Source: Ptychomitrium polyphyllum
Lineage: Eukaryota
Assembly (NCBI GenBank): GCA_973851085.1
Contig: OZ316775.1
Span: 9,610,001 to 9,674,000 of the forward strand
Direction of reading: 5' to 3'
DNA: 64,000 bases
The position numbers and the translations under genes are program-made. The notes beneath the pieces were generated by a model, which was not told where the DNA came from, did no database searches, and saw only the letters and a list, made by a program, of their open reading frames with translations. Shown here piece after piece: positions 49,614 to 62,972 of this stretch (position 1 is its first letter; each line of letters starts with the position of its first letter).

Positions 49614-52600
49614 ATGCCCATTATAGACGGGGTGGGCGATGAGTTGCTGTACACGGCGCTGGTTGCTGCCCCCGTTGTCGTCGTCATTTGCCGTTCGTCT
49701 CTGGGGTAGGTGTTCCTGTTCTGTTGGGTTTTGAAAGTTTGTGGTTTTCGCTTCTGCGCGCTCGGATCCGGATCGATATGATTCAATGGGGATCAGTTGA
49801 AAGCGGTGCGGATGTGGGGCATAGAGTGAAAGTTTGATCTTTTATGCGATCTGTTCTCTTTTCTGAGAAATTTGGACGAGTCCTACGGATTTGACTCATG
49901 TTCTTGGGTAGAATCGCGTATGTGAAGGTAACCCTAATTTATTAAGCGAAGTTGTAACGTATTTTATTGAGATGGGTCGCATGTGTCGGAGGCGTTTTTT
50001 CACTAGGGTTTGTCGGTACACATAAGAGACGGAATCGTGAACGACGGTTTCTGTAGAAGTGAATTCAATAGCTCCCTCGTTGCTTAAAAAGCTTAAAAAG
50101 CTTTGGTGCTTTAAAAGCTTCTTCCTTTTTGTTAATGTTGGGTTGCCTGAATGGCAATTCAAATTACTTGCTGATCACCTTTGGCCATGATATATTTAGG
50201 CATATTGTAAAGTTTTTGCTACTGAAACTCTTCCCCGTGAATTCGAAAAGCTTTCTGTAATTCTGGTTCGTGCTTAGGTCTGAGTGTTGGAATTGCCACG
50301 GACGACTTGAGATTGTAAGAAGTGAACAGAGTGTTTTTATGACTTGGTGATATTCCCACTTCTCATCTTGGTCATTGAAGTCTGGAGTTCAAAACCTTGC
50401 TTCCTTATTCAAACCTTAGTAGAGTTAACTTGGTCCTCCATTTCTCTTTCAATCATGCAGCACATCACACCAATACGGCTTATTACTAGGGGAGTACTGG
50501 ATTGAAGGGTATCAGGGCAAAATCTAAGGCATCAAAGTTATTGCAAATCTGCATACTGTTTGATATCATGTTTGAGATTATCCAGACATACTTACACACT
50601 GTCATACCATCACATCAAATCGAGCATAGGGTATTCATCCGTACCACGCAACTTGCCACAACACGGATAATAACGAACAGTGAAATACCAATCTACACTT
50701 TCTAGGGGTACATATACTAGGGGCATCATCGTTAGATGATGACTTTCAGAGACACTTATCACAGTGTGATGGTCAATTCTGATCAATATGTAACTTAGAT
50801 TGATGGTTTTAGTGCTGTTGGCGAAATTTTCGTTTGAAACGTTCTGAGAACCACGATCTCTCTTTGACAGTATTTATTGGGTGTGCGTTTCTTAGAAACA
50901 TACACCATATCTACGCTTTAACCTTTCCTTTACTGAACTAATGTTACGGGGGTAGCATGGTACGAAGTGTATACGTATATATGCAAACTTGCTATGACCC
51001 ATTGATAAAATTAGCTAAGTATAAATGAAATGTAAAACTGCTTTAGTCCCACTCTCCTTCTCAATCCTGTTGATTGCATAAAATGATAACATGTGCAGGC
51101 CATAGCATACTGCTGCATTATTGCTTCGTATGATAGTCGTGTGATAAGGCCAGTATTAGCTTTACTTTGAACAGAAAAGTTAAGAGTAGTCTGAGAGTTC
51201 CCTCTATTCGGGTGGAATGTAACTGCTCTCTTTCTTTTATTTCTGATCCTTAGGAAAGGACATGATTAGGTCTTTTCGATGGTTGAAATGTACTTGAGCT
51301 GTCAATATTGGAGGTGCTTAATGTTAGTCTGGTCAATGCAGGCAGTCGTTGAGCTTTTTGAAGCAGGGGGTGTACTTTGTGCGAGTTTGGATTGGCAGCC
51401 TTTGGGGCAGTGTGGCGATGAGGGAGGAAGATAGTGGCGATGGCACTCCACCACTTGAGCGCACGACAAGCAGCAATAGCTTCGCGGCGCACATGAATTC
51501 GCCACCAGAGAATGACTGTTGTTCTGTGTGCCACGACTCTTTTACGTTGCCTTGTCAGGCCAACTGTGCCCATTGGTTTTGTGGTAATTTGCTGTCAGGA
51601 ACTCCTTAACTATGCTATATTGAATATTCGAGGATTATATGACATTGGATTAGCTTGCATAATGCTACCTTCTTGTGCTGATCCTTTATTCTGCTCCTAT
51701 AGACGTTCATGAATTATTAGGATGTGAGAACAGTGATTTGCACGTTGAGCAAAGCAGTATTAACTCGTCTCAACTATTGTTACTTTTAATCGCATGTTCT
51801 TAGCCTGTGTATATCTGTATTTTGATATGGCTGTTACCGCTCTGGCAGGAGAATGCATATTGCGAGTATGGCAACATAGCTCTGTGCTGCAACCTTGTAA
51901 ATGCCCCATCTGTAGGCGAGCTATTACACTACTTATTCCAACTGAGATTTCAGAAGCCCAGCAACAAGATCCTGAGGTGGAGCGTATAATGCGTGACCTT
52001 GCAAAGTACAATCGCATTTTTGGAGGTGGTCCCGTCAGTTTTATGCAGGTATTTTTTGAGTGTCAATGTTGCATTTACCCATTTTTTCAATTTAGTTGAG
52101 GCATACAGAATAAGTGTTTTGTATTGTTCATTTGTGTTATAGGCAGGTTGTTTATGAATATATGGGTCCCTAGGGAACTTTATTTCAGGTTTGACTGCGT
52201 GTAGATGAATTTGGATGTCATCTTTCAGATTGAGTCAACTCAGGACGGTTGCAAGAATAGAGGGTGGTAGTTGTAGAGGATGTAAGCTTTTTATTTTTGT
52301 TTCGTGCTTCACATCAAGTCGGTTCTTTTGTTGATGCTTTCTGCGTCTTGTCATCGATGCATGTTGTTACGAATACATTTGTTTTTTAAACAATTTTTCT
52401 ACCTTTTTGGGTTTCTGCAGAGAGTTCGGGATATGCCTCTACTGTTACGGCGCATGGTTGGGGAATTAATGGACCCACAACGAGCAATTCCACTTGTTCA
52501 TCGGACGCGGATTCTCTTTTTTGTATGTCTTAGCCTCTTGCTTTGCGAGTGACATATTTTATGTAGATGTCTATATATATATATATATATTACAGTCGTT

Positions 52601-53112
52601 TTTGAATGTATGATTATTTGAATGTTTTTCTAGCACAATTTCATTTCCATCACATCACTTGTGTCGAGACACCAAGCTTACAATTGTGTGTGTTGGTGCA
52701 GTTGGTTTTGCTAGCGGTATATGTGTTCTCTCCTCTCGATGTTATACCTGAAGGTATGTTCGATGAGTGTTTCGATGACTACCATTTTCACTGGTAGAAG
52801 CAGTATAGGAGTATTCGTGAAGGATATAGGGTTGAGAAATGCTCAGTACATACATGACGTTAAGAACATTAAATTAGTGGCTTTGGTGTACAAGTACATA
52901 TCTGTATAGAATAATTGACCTTTATGGAAAATTAATTTTTCTTTGTGGAGGGCCGAGGTTTAGGATCTTGACTTGTGAGGGATGGCTGGACAGGGGTGCT
53001 TGGATTGGTGGGATTATTGGATGACTTGTTGGTGATTATTATGGTGCTTTTCTACTTGGCGATGCTCTACCGGTCTACCCTCATTCTCCACCATGGTGGC
53101 CAACCCCAATAA
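49614..53112 (+). CDS. RNF170: RNF170-like membrane RING (C3HC4) E3 ubiquitin ligase with DUF1232, 268 aa
   Basis: Exons 49614-49705, 51342-51583, 51849-52048, 52421-52522, 52702-52753 and 52994-53112 (807 nt, in frame). N-terminus MPIIDGVGDELL plus a TM segment. RING: CSVCHDSFTLPCQANCAHWFCGECILRVWQHSSVLQPCKCPICRR. Also YNRIFGG and YVFSPLDVIPEGVLGLVGLLDD. Confidence 0.92.
52572..52590. repeat. (TA)n microsatellite in an RNF170 intron
   Basis: tatatatatatatatatat. Confidence 0.95.
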
Positions 53113-54303
53113 CAAGTTCTATCTCCTGCACTGTAGTTCTGGCTTGGCAATCACAATCTACCAACAGCAAGTTTTCATAGTACTCATGGCAGACCTTGCT
53201 TGTGAGACTGTACATTATAGCATTTTCTCGTAGAAGGCGTTGCCTAGAATCATGTAAATCACCAACTACGGTTTGGTATAGTTAGCACAAAGGTTAGTCT
53301 TTAGAAATTCGGGATGCACTTTTCTGAAACTTGCGATGCTGTAAACAGGATGCCGTCCTTGCAAAAGTAGCGTTAAGTTAGAGTGTCATCAATTGCTTGT
53401 GATTTTGGAGCGTTAGCCTTTTGGTTGGAAAAACGACGAGGTTACTTTCCCTCAGTCTTTTTGATTCCACGCAATGGAGAAAACCGAAATTGACTATTGG
53501 AGTTTTGCAAATCGTTGTTATCTTTGTTACTTTGCAAATCTATTGCTCAATGTGAGGAGAAAATTCCTTCGGGCTTGACCAGAACAACCGTACCACTTGA
53601 GTTCCATTGCATTGTGTTCTTACTATAATACTGATTTATGCACCGATTTTCATAAGCTTCTCCTGGCAAACTCATCACACGGCTGTTTGCACATTCCAAA
53701 TTGTTTTCCCGGTAACGTGGTCTTGTTCATCTTTCTCATCTAAAAACTGCTCAAACATTTGGGCGGTCTCTAGACTTTGGCGCGTTGGAGATGATAGGTC
53801 CACCAGAAACTCCGAAGTTCCTCACATCACAAGTGGCAATGCATGAGATGTTTCCATTTTCCTAACAGCCGTCAAACTGGGACCTCAACTTCAGCCACCT
53901 TTTCAATCCCCTTCGGGTCGGTCGGTACGTGAGCATGGTAGGTGGTGACGCGTCAGAAGGTCGCAGTTCCACCCAAACGCTGCACCTTTGTGGATGACGA
54001 GCAGACTCAAAATTACTCTTTCCACGGGGCGGACATCATGACATGAGCCGAATCCATGAGCTCTTTGGCATTTCTCGGTTTGATATGAGCTTTCCATGGT
54101 AGCAATTAGGGAGCATTGGGCGAAGTAATTGCTGCACAGAATGAGGCGGAGGAGGATTTCGTAGCGTTGTTGCCTCTTGCGAGCCTCACTTTCTGAATGT
54201 TCTTATCTTGTAATCATTGGATCTTGTGTTGACTCGCTTTGCAGTGGTGGATTTATTGAGCTGGTGCTTCGGAGGTTTAAGAGGATAACGAAGTTTTAGA
54301 GCC

Positions 54304-57300
54304 ATGGCGGTGGTACAGGCGCTCCTGTCTTTGCCACATCTGGCTTCTGGTAATGTTTCTTTCCTATCGTGCTGTTTGAGATTTCGTTGATTGAGGTTCT
54401 TGGTGCTGGTTTTTGATTTAGTTTTTGAGGTTTAGGGGTTGTAGGGTGTGGGTGGGTATGAATCCTATCTCTAGGGAATGACTGAATTGCTCTTGGTGGC
54501 AGGAAATGCTTTGCAACTTCCTGTTCAGAGGTCTCGGCGACCTTCATGGATTTTGTCGAGAGGAGGTTGCAAAAGCCTTGTAGTGAACATGCGGTTTTCC
54601 GAGTTGCTATGTAAAGCTCGTGGACAGAGTGAGTGTAGTGACGGAGTGGTTTCTTCTACTTCATTCACCGAGGTTAGGGAATCCAATGGCGCGAAGTGGA
54701 GATTTGACGTGTCGACGGTTTTGCCTGGGAACTTTGTGCAGGTGGGTTTGCACTGGCAGACGTATGTGATATTGGCATTTTGAGAATGCTTTGAATGTGA
54801 TGAGACCTTAGGTTTAGAATTCAACGTGGCGCACTTGATGTTCTGTGCCGGGGTGATGGTAGTGCTTTTGTGAATTTGTTTTTTGAAAGGGCCATGTCAC
54901 TGTTTGTTCAGTGTCCATTTTACAGCTGCAAACGCACTCGTGAAGGTTGCCGATGGGCAATATTGAACAGCTTCACAAGAGGCGCCTCATTATATGATGT
55001 TTCGCCAATGTTAATATTATGGCAAATGACTTGGTAAATGAACTGTCTTTGTGTTAATGTTTTTGCTTGTAAACTTGGAGCTCATGCTTTGTCGAAAACT
55101 GGAAACAGGGATTTGCATTGCAAGCAGCGGCGGCTGTTGCAGCTGGAGTGTTGCTATGGGGTGGATCAAACGCGTTAGCAGCTGACCCGTTGAAGACATG
55201 CGCTTGTCTTCTTAAAGAGTGCCGGTACGTTTGTTGTATTCATATGTATCTTTAGCTTATTGGAGGAGCATGATCACAATCTTGTGCTTTCAAAGGTGTT
55301 TAATGTTTGTGGCAACATTCAGCGCAGGCGAATACTGAAATTTTTCAACTAGAAAGGTTTTGTTCAACTCAAAAACATGCGTACAGTAGGCAATGTAACG
55401 AAACCCTAGGCTTCTTTGCATTTGAGATTGAGCTTGTGCATGTCATTTTTCAGGTAGGTAAAAGACTTCATTCAGTCGATTGATTACGTGGGTTGTGCAG
55501 GGTGGAATTAGCGAAGTGCATAGCCGACCCGAAGTGTGCAGCTAATGTAGCATGTTTACAAACGTGCAACGGGCGTCCTGATGAAACCGAGTGTCAGGTC
55601 TGGCAATCCACTAGCTTTTATGCTATGAAAATTTAATTCTAATGTGCTCATTTTAATTGATACGTTTAGTGGAAGATGTGCTTCAAAGGATCTTCACATT
55701 TATAACATGCATATTTTCTTGTGATTATTGAATGTGGAAAAAGGACTAGGCGAAGGATCATAAATAATTTCCCGTGGCATTATTACTGACAAATTTGACG
55801 GTAGGAACGATTTGCAGATTGGTTGTGGAGATCTATTCGAGAACAAGGTCGTAGATGAATTCAATGAGTGCGCTGTAACACGGAAAGGATGCGTTCCACA
55901 AAAGCAAGACGAGGGCCGCTTCCCAGTGCCTGCTCCAGCTGCCTTAGTTCCCGAGTTTGACACTACTCGTTTTACAGGGACGTGGTATATTACCAGTGGG
56001 TTGAACAAAACCTTTGATACGTTCGACTGCCAAAAGCATGAGTTCTCAGCAGAGCCCAACAAAGTAACAGGTCCGTGGTTAAACAAGTTGGTTTTGAATT
56101 TATTAGTTTCAGGTCTGTTGTTAGTTGTATAGCGGAAGGATGCAGTTTTTGAATCTGTCTTACAGTCGATCTGGTGAAGCTTCTACTCACAGGGTATGTT
56201 TTGCAAATTGAGAGAATTATGCATTACATTTGTATTTTTATACATTCATAATAGGGTACTTTAACCTTGCAATCAGCTCGTAAGACTGAACAAAAAGTTG
56301 GTACCTTTGCAGCTTTAAGACTGATTTAGGATGATGTTCAAGTATGAATTTGGCTTGATGAGAAAAAACGGCCTTGGTTCGATGTTACAGGAAATTTGAG
56401 CTGGCGAATCGGTACTCCAGATGGAGCATTTTTCACACGTAGCGCTGTGCAGAACTTTGTACAAGACGAAAAGCAGCCAGGAATCTTATTAAACCACGGC
56501 AACGAGTTCCTCCACTATCAGGATGATTGGTCTGTGCTCGTTTTCTTGTCTCACTATTCTTCAAATCCTCGCCATTTCTTTTCTCACTCCTGGTACTTCT
56601 GGAAGTTAGAGGAAATTGCTGCTCTGGACAGGTTCACATAACGTCTGCTATGCCGTGACGCAGAAGTTAGGTTCATCAGGGTCGATGTCATCAGGCCTTA
56701 GTGGTGAGGCTATTTAGTGAAGCTTGGCTATGTCAGAAAATATTTTGATGGTTATCAGGATTCATGGACTGGCTAGGATATTGAAGAACCGATTTCGAGG
56801 GCTTTTCTAAGTTTAAGCACACGGTACTTAATTATCTCTGAAGGTGTTGGCATGTGGTATTTATGCTTGCATGTATACGATGTTTCCTTGTTCAGGTACA
56901 TTCTCGCATCAAAGATAGAGAACAAGCCAGATGACTATGTGTTTATCTACTATCGAGGGAAGAACGATGCCTGGGATGGGTATGGAGGAGCAGTGGTGTA
57001 CACTAAAAGTCCGAAACTGCCACAGAGTATTATTCCTGAACTGCAAGCTGCAGCAAAGAAAGTGAATCTGGATTTCAACAAGTTCACTGCAACGGACAAC
57101 ACTTGTGGACCGGAACTACCATTGATTGCAAGACTGGAAAAGACGGTAACGGCTTGTAAACCCATCATGGTGCTTTCATCTATATTGAAGTTTGAGAGGG
57201 CATATTTAAGGGAGGGCACTGTAAGCAAGAGCATGGACAGGTTTAAGTGTGGATAACATGGGACAAATCTTATCATTGTACCAATAAGCTCATGTTTTTG

Positions 57301-57609
57301 GAGTTCTTTTAGGTGGAGAAGGGGGAAGAATTCGTCGAGAAGGAGGTCGAGGAGGGAGAGAAATTCGTCGAAAAGGAGGTGGAGGAAGGCGAGAGCTTCC
57401 TTGTGATGGTTACCAAAAAGCTAGGACAAGCTCAGGAAGCACTGTTTGGTCGCCTTGGCAAGGGTGCTGATCAGTTGCGGCTCGACGAGGAGCGGTTCTT
57501 GCAGGAGTTAGGAGACGAAGAAAAGCAATTGCTCAAAGATTTAGAGATGGACGCTTCCGATGTTGGAAAACTGTTTGGTAACGCTATTCCGCTACGCAAG
57601 GTCCGGTAG
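54304..57609 (+). CDS. VDE: Violaxanthin de-epoxidase, chloroplast lumen, 478-aa precursor
   Basis: Exons 54304-54349, 54503-54741, 55109-55224, 55501-55597, 55818-56070, 56391-56529, 56896-57145 and 57313-57609 (1437 nt). The transit and lumenal signal ends [18 protein letters not shown]. Cys-rich region: [22 protein letters not shown]. Lipocalin motifs: [44 protein letters not shown]. The C-terminus is Glu-rich. Confidence 0.98.
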
Positions 57610-58350
57610 TTACTTAAATCTTAGATGTACCTCTAACGAACGTGGTCAAGCAATTGCAAATTTCTTCACATTTGAGAGACACCGCCCTTGAATACGATCG
57701 AACACAGCAGACGCGCGCTTGTCAGAATGACGCAAACACGTAAGCTTGGCAAGCTAAGAGAACTTATGCAAATTTGTAGATAAACAGTAGAGGACGAGCT
57801 GCGCATCAAAAAGTTGATATCAACTCTTGAAATGGCAGTAATTGTTGAAAAGATTATGCTTTTCGTTGTACTGAACTATTTCCCATCCATGACGTTCTTG
57901 GATTTGGAGTCCATCTCCAAAACTGTTTCAAGCATGAAGTCTTGTGCTTCATATACCTACGAAAGCGCTCCACACAAAACACTTCCTCTCTGAACTTCTC
58001 AAAAGTCAGCTTCAGGTGCACCACACCACATCAGTCACCTTGTGTTGCACACTTAGAGCTCGCATTGCTGGCGTCTTGACTCCATACACCTCGCACCTCT
58101 CATGAACGCCAGACATCAAACAACCGTCTTCTGATTCGGATAGAGAAAGTCACTTGAGGACAAGTTCATAAGCAACGCTGATGTGTGGGTTTATAGAAAC
58201 GGTGCCTGCAAGCGAGATCGTGGGTTGGGCAATGCGATATCTAGGTGAGGGTAGGATGTGGGGAGCGAGGTAAGAGGAGTATGTGTTTTCTTTATGAATT
58301 TTCCAGTTTCTGTCATAGTTTTGGCAACAGAGTGAAGAGTGAAGTTGGCT

Positions 58351-58971
58351 ATGGCGTGCGCACAAGCCATGGCGCTCCGTTCGTCATCCTTGCATTTCTC
58401 ATGTCTCGCGCCGCACATTACCTCCGCCATTTTGCACTCCTCTCGGATTCCCCGAAAATTTTCTGCATGTCAACAACCGAGGCTTTTCTCCGTTGTTGTT
58501 CATAGTCGTGTGGGAGACAACAGTTTTATCTCGAGGGCGACGTGTAGAAGAGTTAAGTTCTCGGTGCGAGCGCAGCGAGACGAGGAGACGGCGGCCAAAG
58601 CGGCGGCCACGAATGTGGACCCAGGTGCGCCCACGATCTTCGACAAGATTGTGAGCCGGGAGATTCCGGCGACGGTGGTGTACGAGACAGACAGGGTGCT
58701 GGCGTTCCGGGACATTAATCCGCAAGCGCCGGTGCATGTGGTGCTGATCCCGAAGCAGAGAGACGGCCTGACTCAGCTCAGCAAGGCCAATGAGCGCAAC
58801 AAGGACGTGCTGGGTGAGCTTCTGTTTGCGGCCAAAGTGGTGGCGGAGCAGGAAGGCCTTGAGAAAGGGTTTCGCGTGGTGATCAACGACGGGCCCGATG
58901 GCTGCCAGTCGGTGTACCACTTGCATTTGCACTTGATGGGCGGCCGGCAATTGAAGTGGCCTCCTGGCTAA
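58351..58971 (+). CDS. HINT: HIT-family histidine triad nucleotide-binding protein (HINT/PKCI-like) with N-terminal transit peptide, 206 aa, intronless
   Basis: Single uninterrupted ORF. Motifs: PTIFDKIVSREIPATVVYE, AFRDINPQAPVHVVLIPK, GFRVVINDGPDGCQSVYHLHLHLMGGRQLKWPPG (HxHxH triad). The N-terminal ~75 aa are Ser/Arg-rich and poor in acidic residues. Confidence 0.96.
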   Translation: MACAQAMALRSSSLHFSCLAPHITSAILHSSRIPRKFSACQQPRLFSVVVHSRVGDNSFISRATCRRVKFSVRAQRDEETAAKAAATNVDPGAPTIFDKIVSREIPATVVYETDRVLAFRDINPQAPVHVVLIPKQRDGLTQLSKANERNKDVLGELLFAAKVVAEQEGLEKGFRVVINDGPDGCQSVYHLHLHLMGGRQLKWPPG

Positions 58972-61900
58972 TTCAACTCCAGTCGATCTCGGTCGCCTGT
59001 GCGTTTCCGACTTCACTGCTGATACCGTTCTTTGGATCAAATTCAACAAGGAGAAATTTTGGATATCTTTGGGATGTGATTGTGCGCAAAGCAATGCACT
59101 CCTGTCCTTTGTAGAGTCATGGTGCAGGTCGTCATCTTTATTATTAGCACTGATCTCAGCCTTGGGGATCATCGCAGTTCTCTTGACCTAAGTTAGGCAG
59201 GAAGTTCCGTCTTTTTAGCGAAACCCGGGTATCCAGAGTAGATGTTGTACTGCAGGTGGTTAATCTTGCACTTTAACTTAGTTTCTGCCCATTTGCAAGA
59301 GATTGTTTGCAAGTAGGGCATTGTCAGGGTTATGGGAGTCGATCATGTTCATGGTAGGAGACTAACGTGACTGGAGTTGCCTGTAGTATGACCGACTGTA
59401 GGCTTAATTGCGGCAGTCTGTGATGCATCATCTGCTTAATGCTACGAATCCGTGAAACCGTTCGCAGCAATTTGGAGGGTGCCCTGGCAATGTCGATGTT
59501 GAGGAGATTCTGTGGCAGACGATGTTGAGGAAATTCTGTGGTGAAGCTGTTGCATTTACAATTAAGTCCCTTTCTGTTTTTCGGTCACATTGCTGATAGG
59601 CAATGTGAGTTCTTAATGAGAAGCCATGAGTTGGTTTAGCTTCAACATCGGTCTCTTTTTTCTGGGATTGCCAAGTAGTTGGATTTGGAATTTGATTACA
59701 TTTTTGATTGCATATTTGAAGATGATTCGTCATTCCAGGTATTCCAGCCTTGTGGAAACCAACTAAGGCGCTGAGTCATCGTGCCTTGATAGTCGTCTGT
59801 GTCAAGTGTGGGTCATGGCGAAGAGTTGCACACTTTTTTTGCGTTTCTCATCACTTAGGTCTTCTAAAGTTACTACGAAATGTGGTTCTCAGGTTATCTG
59901 CTTGGTAAAACACCATCTCTATAAAATCTTACCTCAACGTCAGTTCCATTCTGAATTGGACTCCGTCAGATTTCCAACCTCCCCTGCTTCAAATTGGTGC
60001 TAGTTGCATGATTTTCTCATCGGGAGTTGGTGATACCACCGATTCAGACTCCGACTTCTGGGGTCCTTTGTAACTCAGTTCAGACTCCACGACTTGCTCG
60101 ACATCCTGTTTAACAGTATGGTACTTTGAAACAGTTCAGCTCTTTGCATCAGTATAGTTTCGAGTACTTTTTCTGGAATCCAAATTCCATCAGAGATTGT
60201 AGGTTTGAATATATGATTCTCCCATTTTATGAAACTTCTGGTTGAGGGTGTGTTAGAAATGCAACGTAAATATATTGTACATGTTCATCGATTGGATCCA
60301 AATCCAGGGTATGCATGTTTGACTGGCGGAAAAACTTCTGTAGCAGCTTTGCACTATGTTGTCACTGTGGTTATTTTGCAACAAAAGAGCAACTTCTGAC
60401 GTGAGGGTTCTTGGCGTGAAATACACATATACTACCTTGATCTGTTAGGAAATCCCAAGTATGCACACTTCATGATAGTTCTGCAGTTCATGTGGATGTT
60501 GTGGACAAGGACTGTTATAGACAGCAAACAGCTGCCCCAACAATAAATTTTTACTGTTTGGACACAAATGGGAGTACTTGATAGAAACAGCATACACTAA
60601 CAATCTACTGTTGAGAAGAGAGGTGGAGCTCGTCGACAGAGGTAGACACCAGCTTGACATATTCCTCGTTTAGATTCATTGTAATGCAGGAAGACGAAGC
60701 ATGTGCATGCATGAGCCACTGGTTAGAGTTGTCATGTTTCATGAGGGAGCTGTAGCATGCAAGTATCATGTAAGAAAAGCCAATGCTTGACCTGTCTCCG
60801 ATTCTGCTTAAGTAGTGCCTAGGAACCTAGGATCAAGAAGAGGAGGATTACAACCGCCACATCCACTTCCATTGTCGAATGCAGAATTTGAGACGCAGTA
60901 AGAGGGACACTACCGAATACCAATTTACTTGCGACAGCTTGTGAGCCGCTCTCCAAGATGTTGGAATACTTTATTCCGGTTCTACTTCATCTAAAGCTCA
61001 TCCTGCAGATTCTTACGAATCAAGTACAGTATATTGCAGTGCTGTGTGTTGTGCCAACAAATCGGTGGTTTTTTTTATCGTTGCTATTCTTAGCCGACTG
61101 GTTACATGGAAAAGTGTTGTGCTAATTATTACAGAGAAAATCAGATAATAAAATTAGCCAAATACCTTTTCAGACAAGGCCCCTGTGCCAGACTGAAACT
61201 GAAATCCATGTCAGAGTAGCCATGATTCATGAGAAAGAGTTTGTGATGCAGGTTGGCCAACTGCAGCCATGAACTTTCCTTTGTGGGGGAGAAACTGCCC
61301 TTTATTGATGGTGCTAGATGATCAAATTGCTAGGATGTTTTTAGGAAATAAGTGAAGTAGCTATTACTATGGCAATGTGGATTTGGGTGATAAATGCACC
61401 AATGCTTTCTTCAATAGATGAGTGTTGCAAATGTATTTGCGGCTCCTCTAAGAGATTCCTTTCTTCTATGTGAAATTTGTCTTAGTTCCATAATTTATTA
61501 CTTATGCACTTGGGCTTTGTGATTGATGTTTATTCGGAATTTTGCTTATTAGCTCACTTGTTGCCATTGAGTTGCAGCTAGGCGGCAATAATTAAAGCTT
61601 AGTTGAGTTGAAGTTTGTTTGAATTTTTATATTTGATGTTGATTCAACATCTTTTAAAACTTAATTTCAAGGTGATTTTTTGGATCTTGCCTTCAGCAGT
61701 TTGGTTCTAAATGAAAAATGCAGCATGAAGAGGATTTTGCAAATGTGCTTTAGTGCTTGTTGAGGCCATAGAATGTAGGTTAAATAATTTGGCAGGTAAA
61801 GATCTGAATTTGTAAAAGAATTTCTAGAAACCATGCCTCTAAAATACATTTCTTCACATTATTTTGTACCTTCTTTTGAATCAGCATTGAAAAGTGGAAT

Positions 61901-62697
61901 GTACATATGTTTTGATTTTCAAAAGTTTATGGATTCTTAAGGTTTTGGTTAGGATTAAGTGTCATTGAGAAGAATTTGATACAAATTAGTGTGCTTGTGC
62001 TTAAATTGCTTTAAAGTAAATGTGGAAAGTAGAGTGTGGCACTTTTGAATTTTCACCTATATGAAGCGGGTTTAATATTTTGCAACATCATGCAATGTTG
62101 ATGCATGTAGGATTTTGGAAAGTTTGTGGATAGTCATGTTGATTCTAAAATATTGCAAATTATGTATCATGCCTAAAACATTGTAAAATAAGCAATTTGT
62201 AGCCATATAAGATAAAGAAGAATCTTTCATGTAATAAGGAGGTAGTGACTTGCACACATGTGCTATATAGGAATTGAGAGTGAAAAATCTTTGTTAGAGC
62301 TTCAAGAATGTGATTGTTGCTTCATTTGTATGAGATTTTATCATTTCATTTTTAGAAACACAAGAATTATATTATAAAACATACAATAGTAATGTTATAT
62401 ATCAAAGAATATAAAGAAAGACATAGCCATTAAGAAGGTCATTTCTAAAGCTACAAAGCATAGTTTTTACAATGTCCATTTTGCCATATGTGAAATAGTA
62501 AATCATCCTTTCAATCAAATTTTGCCATTTGGTTGCTAATTCTATTTTATTATATAATAGAGATAGCTAAAAGGAATGTTTCTTGTTGAAATTTGTGAGC
62601 AGATTGCAAAGTCTTTCTATACATTACCAACAACTTGGACTCTATTAAATTCTTAATTTAAGCCTTAATTAGATGCTTTAAATGTAAAGCCTTTCTT

Positions 62698-62972
62698 CTA
62701 AATAAAATATGCTCTTGCATGCCATTCAAAAATTGCTTTTTTAATGCAATTTCCATGCCATTTGGCTCCAATTAAATTTTCATTTGAAAGACTTAAATTG
62801 TAAGAAAGTCCAATTGTATTCAAATTGATGATGCCTGTTCGATGGACAACTTCAAAGTTATATTTTTGGAATAAAAATGTTTGTTTAGCAAGCTTGCTAG
62901 TGAATTTATTTAATTCCATGAGCCACTACAAGTTTGATGATCAATCACCAATTTATATCATTGCCTATATAG
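62698..62972 (-). mobile_element. Degenerate Ty3/Gypsy LTR-retrotransposon pol fragment (RNase H C-terminus)
   Basis: The minus strand reads LYRQ*YKLVIDHQ, then after a frameshift MELNKFTSKLAKQTFLFQKYNFEVVHRTGIINLNTIGLSYN. This matches the Gypsy RNase H consensus LYG..F.LVTDH.PL.WL......KLARW...LQEYDF.V.HR.G..N..ADGLSR. Confidence 0.85.

Noticed and set aside
54926..54981. Possible extra VDE exon after a tttacag acceptor
   Set aside because: It contains an in-frame TGA and has no GT donor, and the flanking exons already join in phase.
58399..59172. 257-aa antisense ORF over the HINT gene
   Set aside because: It is a shadow frame explained by the G/C-biased codons of the sense gene and has no recognisable motifs.
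59930..60690. Possible minus-strand exons (DVEQVVESELSYKGPQKSESESVVSP...) with splice-like borders
   Set aside because: In-frame stops and no recognisable homology, so too weak to call even as a pseudogene.
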